Assembly (NCBI GenBank): GCA_041946805.1 | Contig: JBHGBC010000098.1 | Location: 1-21,968, forward strand | Length of the DNA: 21,968 nucleotides | DNA from: a bacterium | Lineage (GTDB): Bacteria; Hinthialibacterota; Hinthialibacteria; Hinthialibacterales; Hinthialibacteraceae | Reading direction: 5' to 3' | In this document: piece after piece, positions 18,912 through 21,968 of the stretch | How the letters are laid out: each line of letters opens with the position of its first letter | Numbering within the stretch: position 1 is the first letter of the stretch | Position numbers and translations under genes: made by a program | Notes under the pieces: model-generated | What the model saw: the letters and a program-made list of their open reading frames with translations, nothing else | Told to the model about the DNA's origin: nothing | Database searches by the model: none

Positions 18912-19901
18912 ATGACTCGCATCCTTGGGAGAGGAAGGTGGATCCGCTACTCACCACGGCCGTGGGCGGCCGTGCTGGGTTTTCTCCTTCTTTTCCCGGC
19001 GGCGGGGCGGGTGCAAGAAATCACCGCCCCGTTGCCCCCAATCCCTGAAATGCGTCCCATCGAATTCGGCCTGAACCTCTCCACCCTGATCCTGGAAGAA
19101 ACCGGCACCGAGGGCGAATACCTTTCGCCGGAGACCGCCTCGTTCCGCCTGCTCAGCTGGATCGACGATTGGCGGGTCTCGTGCGTGGCCGAAGCGGCGG
19201 TTGGTCCGGAGGGAGAGACCATCCCGCCAACCCATTTTTACCTGCTCGGGGGCGCCAACGGCGCTTCCGCCAGCCTGGAGCAGCCGGTGGTGATCGCGGA
19301 AGGGGGGCCGTTGGAGGGCAAGCCGGTCGACGCCGCCTCTTTCCGGCTCTGCGCGCGGATCGATCCCCTGCAGCCGGCAGGCGAATACCGGGGAACCCTT
19401 CTGTTCTATATCGAGACCGGGCGGAAGGGCACGGTGATCACCGGCCCGTCGTTGCCCTTCATGTTTCAATGCCGCGAGTTCATCAAGGTGTGGGTGAGCG
19501 AGGACATGGCATTCGGGACCTGCCAGCCGGGGATCAACCAGCCGCGGGACCATATATCCCAGACCACGCCCAAGGTGACGGTGCTCACCAACCGCCGGGG
19601 CGTGAAAGTCCACGCCGAGATGACCGACCTGAGTTACGAAGAGGGACCCGGCGGCGGGGGCGGCCCGATCACCGGCTCGCAACTGGCGCTGGCCTACGGC
19701 GAAACCCCGGGTTTGGCGCGCGGCAACGCGGCTTCCGCCCCCTTGGGAGGAACGGCGATCGACTGGTACCCCTACCCGCGCTCGGGCGCTTGGCCCTTTT
19801 GCGACCGTTCGATTTACCTCGGCGGCAAGGTGAGCATCGACCTGCACAACTCCGCCGGATTTTACCGGGGCGTGATCTACGTGACGTGCGAGGCGGAATG
19901 A
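18912..19901 (+). CDS. Secreted two-domain beta-rich protein, putative pilus tip/minor subunit
   Basis: Signal-like N-terminus (WAAVLGFLLLFPAAG). Both halves end in a pilin-type terminal strand: IDPLQPAGEYRGTLLFYI and IDLHNSAGFYRGVIYVTC. Start uncertain (18888, 18891 or 18912). Confidence 0.6.
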   Translation: MTRILGRGRWIRYSPRPWAAVLGFLLLFPAAGRVQEITAPLPPIPEMRPIEFGLNLSTLILEETGTEGEYLSPETASFRLLSWIDDWRVSCVAEAAVGPEGETIPPTHFYLLGGANGASASLEQPVVIAEGGPLEGKPVDAASFRLCARIDPLQPAGEYRGTLLFYIETGRKGTVITGPSLPFMFQCREFIKVWVSEDMAFGTCQPGINQPRDHISQTTPKVTVLTNRRGVKVHAEMTDLSYEEGPGGGGGPITGSQLALAYGETPGLARGNAASAPLGGTAIDWYPYPRSGAWPFCDRSIYLGGKVSIDLHNSAGFYRGVIYVTCEAE

Positions 19902-19903
19902 TT

Positions 19904-20193
19904 CCAGGGGCAAAATGCCAGGGGCGAAGTGCCAGGGGCGGTGCCCCTGGCTAAGCTAAGGCCACCCCTTCGGGGTTCAAAAAATGAAATGAAGCCCTGG
20001 AAGGGCGCATTCTGATTAGCCAGGGGTAAAACCCCTGGCGAGGAGGAATGCCAAGGATTTTGAGGCCAGGGGTTGTACCCCTGGCTAACCTTGGGTCACC
20101 CCTCCGGGGTTCAAAAAATGAAATGAAGCCCTGGAAGGGCGCTTTCTGATTAGCCAGGGGCATCGCCCCTGGCGGGAGGAACGCCAAGGATTT
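19904..20193. repeat. REP/BIME-like palindromic array: two ~130-bp tandem units (19931-20060, 20065-20193) plus two partial CCAGGGGC copies
   Basis: Each unit has GCCAGGGG-N-CCCCTGGC twice, ACCCC-N3-GGGGT, TCAAAAAATGAAATGAA and GCCCTGGAAGGGC; period 133-134 nt. Confidence 0.85.
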
Positions 20194-20564
20194 GCAAGTC
20201 AGGAGAATCGCCCCGGGCGGAGGCCCCCTCCGGGGGATAAATACCAATGCCGTTTCCGGACCGTTGTTGCGCCGGGTAGGAAAATCGTTGGGAGCCGGTT
20301 GCAAGGGACGAACGTCCCCAAAGGTCCCGCTCCAGGAAAAAGGTCCAAAACCTGGGATGTTCCATGCGGAGCATCCGAACCATAGTCCGTTCCCCCGAAG
20401 ACCGGGGAACGATGCCGTTCGATCGCTCGAACACCGGACCTTATTTCTTGGAACTTGAAAACACGGGACTTGGGAAGAATTCGACCTGGAGCCCGCGAAG
20501 GGGAATACCCGTGGATCAAAGGAACAGGAAAGCGGTGAAAGGAGGTGAAAACGATACCCGAGAC

Positions 20565-20603
20565 AAAAAAACCGCCCGGAGAAAGGCTAGTTTCCCCGGA
20601 CGG
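20565..20603 (-). terminator. Rho-independent terminator on the minus strand
   Basis: Minus strand reads CCGTCCGGGGAAA-CTAGCC-TTTCTCCGGGCGG-T7. The two non-Watson-Crick positions are G-U on the minus strand but A-C on the plus strand. Confidence 0.75.
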
Positions 20604-20661
20604 CCGGCCGTGAGGCCAAGGCTCCGGAGGGCGCTGGTCGCGGACCCCATCCGAAGGCCTG

Positions 20662-20670
20662 TGCTACATT
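20662..20670 (+). promoter_or_regulatory. Candidate extended -10 promoter for the riboswitch-pilin transcript
   Basis: TG-c-TACATT, predicting +1 near 20677; lies within the inverted repeat GTGCT-N7-AGCAC (20661-20677); no good -35. Confidence 0.45.
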
Positions 20671-20713
20671 GAAGCACGAATCGCGTTCCGCGGCAACCAA
20701 GAAGTAATGCGAA

Positions 20714-20789
20714 CGTGGAGGCGACGATCCGCCGTCCCGAATGTGGTCATCTATGGGACGGCGGGGAGCCAGTGGTGAAACCGGCCGCG
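20714..20789 (+). ncRNA. Cyclic di-GMP-II riboswitch aptamer
   Basis: P1 CGTGG/CCGCG; unpaired A20719; P2 GGC/GCC; tandem GA/GA kink-turn (20726-27, 20766-67); P3 CCGCCGTCCC/GGGACGGCGG; loop TGGTCATC can pseudoknot with GGTGA-A-ACCG. The 3' segment GAGCCAGTGGTGAAACCGGCC fits the class II pattern GAGYYAGTRGTGMAACCGRCY. Confidence 0.85.
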
Positions 20790-20814
20790 CAATCCATGCG
20801 AAAGGAACACGATC

Positions 20815-21309
20815 ATGAAATACTTCATTCCCATGTTCGCACTGCTGGCGTTGTTTGCCGCGCCGGTGATTGTTGCAGATGATACTTCGGTAGCAATTAA
20901 CCTTACTGTTGATGAGGTAATGTATGCATATTTTGGAGATGGATCTGATATGGCTGATGTTGTTTTGGAATTTGATCCTCAAACGGGTTTTAAAGATCCG
21001 TATTCGGGAACACATGCAGATATCGATTTAACTGCTAAAGCGTATGCGAATGAAAATTTGGCAGTGACTTTCACTCTAACTAAACCAGAGGGTTCATCAG
21101 CACCAGGAACATGGACACTTAGTGTTTATAAAGATTATGGATATGGTTCGGGTTCCTGGGTAGTAGGAAACCCTAGTACTCATTATCAACCTCTAGGAGA
21201 AGATGAAAGAAATTATTCAATTGCGGTAGATATTGATATTCCTTTAAACACTCCTGCTTTTGTGACTACAACAGCTGGTACTTTAGTTATTACTTTTGCT
21301 GGATATTAA
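20815..21309 (+). CDS. Secreted 164-aa beta-rich protein, putative major pilin of a chaperone-assembled pilus
   Basis: GAAAGGA RBS; Sec signal peptide; mature N-terminus DDTSVAINLTVDE has alternating hydrophobic residues (donor-strand-like); ends AGTLVITFAGY; no Cys; no type IV prepilin G/FxxxE motif. Confidence 0.65.
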   Translation: MKYFIPMFALLALFAAPVIVADDTSVAINLTVDEVMYAYFGDGSDMADVVLEFDPQTGFKDPYSGTHADIDLTAKAYANENLAVTFTLTKPEGSSAPGTWTLSVYKDYGYGSGSWVVGNPSTHYQPLGEDERNYSIAVDIDIPLNTPAFVTTTAGTLVITFAGY

Positions 21310-21341
21310 AATAAACGATAAATATCTTTTTTATGTTATTA

Positions 21342-21375
21342 ATATCCGGGAAATATTTTTCCGGATATCTTTTTT
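21342..21375 (+). terminator. Terminator/stabilising hairpin between the pilin-like and chaperone-like genes
   Basis: ATATCCGGGAAA-TAT-TTTTCCGGATAT followed by C and T6. Confidence 0.65.
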
Positions 21376-21405
21376 AAGAGTTATCATAAATAGGTAATGA
21401 TAGAT

Positions 21406-21968
21406 ATGAAAAATAATTATATATACATTATAGTCTTTTATCTATTTGCTGTAATTGATTTTCCTCTACCTGTATATAGTCAAGGTTTTTTAATAAAACC
21501 GTTGAAAATCCATTGTTATCCTTATCCTGGTAGAATCATTGAAGAAAAACTTGTAATAAGAAATATATTATCGAATAAAAACATTATTGTTGATCTTAAT
21601 GTCAGTGATTTAACTCAAAATGATGAAGGTGCTTGGAAAATAATTGATTCCAATAATTCACCAGATAACAAATATTTATATTCGTGTAAAGACTGGATTT
21701 CATTAAATACGAATACCTTAGAAATCTCACCTTTAAACTCCGTTACGTTAAACATACGTATAAAAGTTCCTGCGAATAAATATGGATTTTATACAGCTTG
21801 TCTTCTTGCTCAAACAAGGAAAGAACCCAATGTAAAAGGCATTGCTGTTGTTATCAGATATCTGATTCCAATTTTAGTTGAAATTAAAGGTCCTGTTCTA
21901 AAAAAACAAATTGAAATAACAGATGCTAATATTAAAAATTTGGAATCTAATGATAAAATCAAATCAAA
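21406..21968 (+). CDS. Secreted Ig-fold protein, putative pilus assembly chaperone (PapD-like or DUF916-like); partial, runs off the window
   Basis: Not in the ORF track. Frame is open from ATG 21397/21406 to the end: MKNNYIYIIVFYLFAVIDFPLPVYSQGFLIKPLKIHC...PGRIIEEKLVIRN...SCKDWISLNTNTLEISPLNSVTLNIRIKVP...GFYTACLL...IRYLIPILVEIKG. Confidence 0.7.
   Translation, partial: MKNNYIYIIVFYLFAVIDFPLPVYSQGFLIKPLKIHCYPYPGRIIEEKLVIRNILSNKNIIVDLNVSDLTQNDEGAWKIIDSNNSPDNKYLYSCKDWISLNTNTLEISPLNSVTLNIRIKVPANKYGFYTACLLAQTRKEPNVKGIAVVIRYLIPILVEIKGPVLKKQIEITDANIKNLESNDKIKS

Noticed and set aside
18951..19954. 320-aa minus-strand and 261-aa plus-strand ORFs over the tip-like gene
   Set aside because: R/G/P-rich shadow frames; the 18912 frame has the signal peptide and repeated domain motif.
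19904..20193. CRISPR array
   Set aside because: Only two long near-identical units of nested palindromes, with no unique spacers and no cas genes; fits REP/BIME better.
20580..20660. c-di-GMP-I, SAH or ZTP riboswitch, HDV-like ribozyme or group II intron domain V
   Set aside because: Only partial resemblances (a GUGA tetraloop, GAGGGCGCTG); the conserved cores of these families are not present.
20150..20672. Several 88-106 aa ORFs in the repeat/riboswitch spacer, including a possible type I toxin
   Set aside because: No hydrophobic peptide, no consistent RBS-start pairing and no motifs; the region is better explained as non-coding.
20815..21309. Type IV pilin partner of pilC
   Set aside because: It has a Sec-type signal peptide and no class III G/FxxxE prepilin motif.

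Overview
Bacterial window with three kinds of content. (1) 1-7883: secreted-protein genes. Three consecutive ORFs (one partial, one HExxH-peptidase-like/WD40, one double beta-helix) end in the same short C-terminal motif; they are followed by a stand-alone pilC/gspF and an FGE-sulfatase-fold protein. (2) 8022-18400: Hsp20 divergent from a housekeeping rpmH-rnpA-yidD-yidC-jag operon that is not flanked by dnaA or mnmE. Then come a frameshifted PIN-domain toxin-antitoxin pair bounded by a 17-bp direct repeat, an ABM-family gene, a coiled-coil hypothetical, a decayed MNT-HEPN pair, a GH89 alpha-N-acetylglucosaminidase and a transposase scar. (3) 18500-21968, the most interesting part: a putative chaperone-assembled pilus locus (two-domain tip-like subunit, REP-like repeats, major-pilin-like gene, terminator, partial chaperone-like gene). 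The pilin-like gene sits directly behind a c-di-GMP-II riboswitch with a plausible promoter and an anti-Shine-Dalgarno expression platform, next to a divergent candidate small RNA. A sharp GC-to-AT junction falls at the end of the pilin signal-peptide coding region. All family calls come from motif recognition by eye; no database searches were run.
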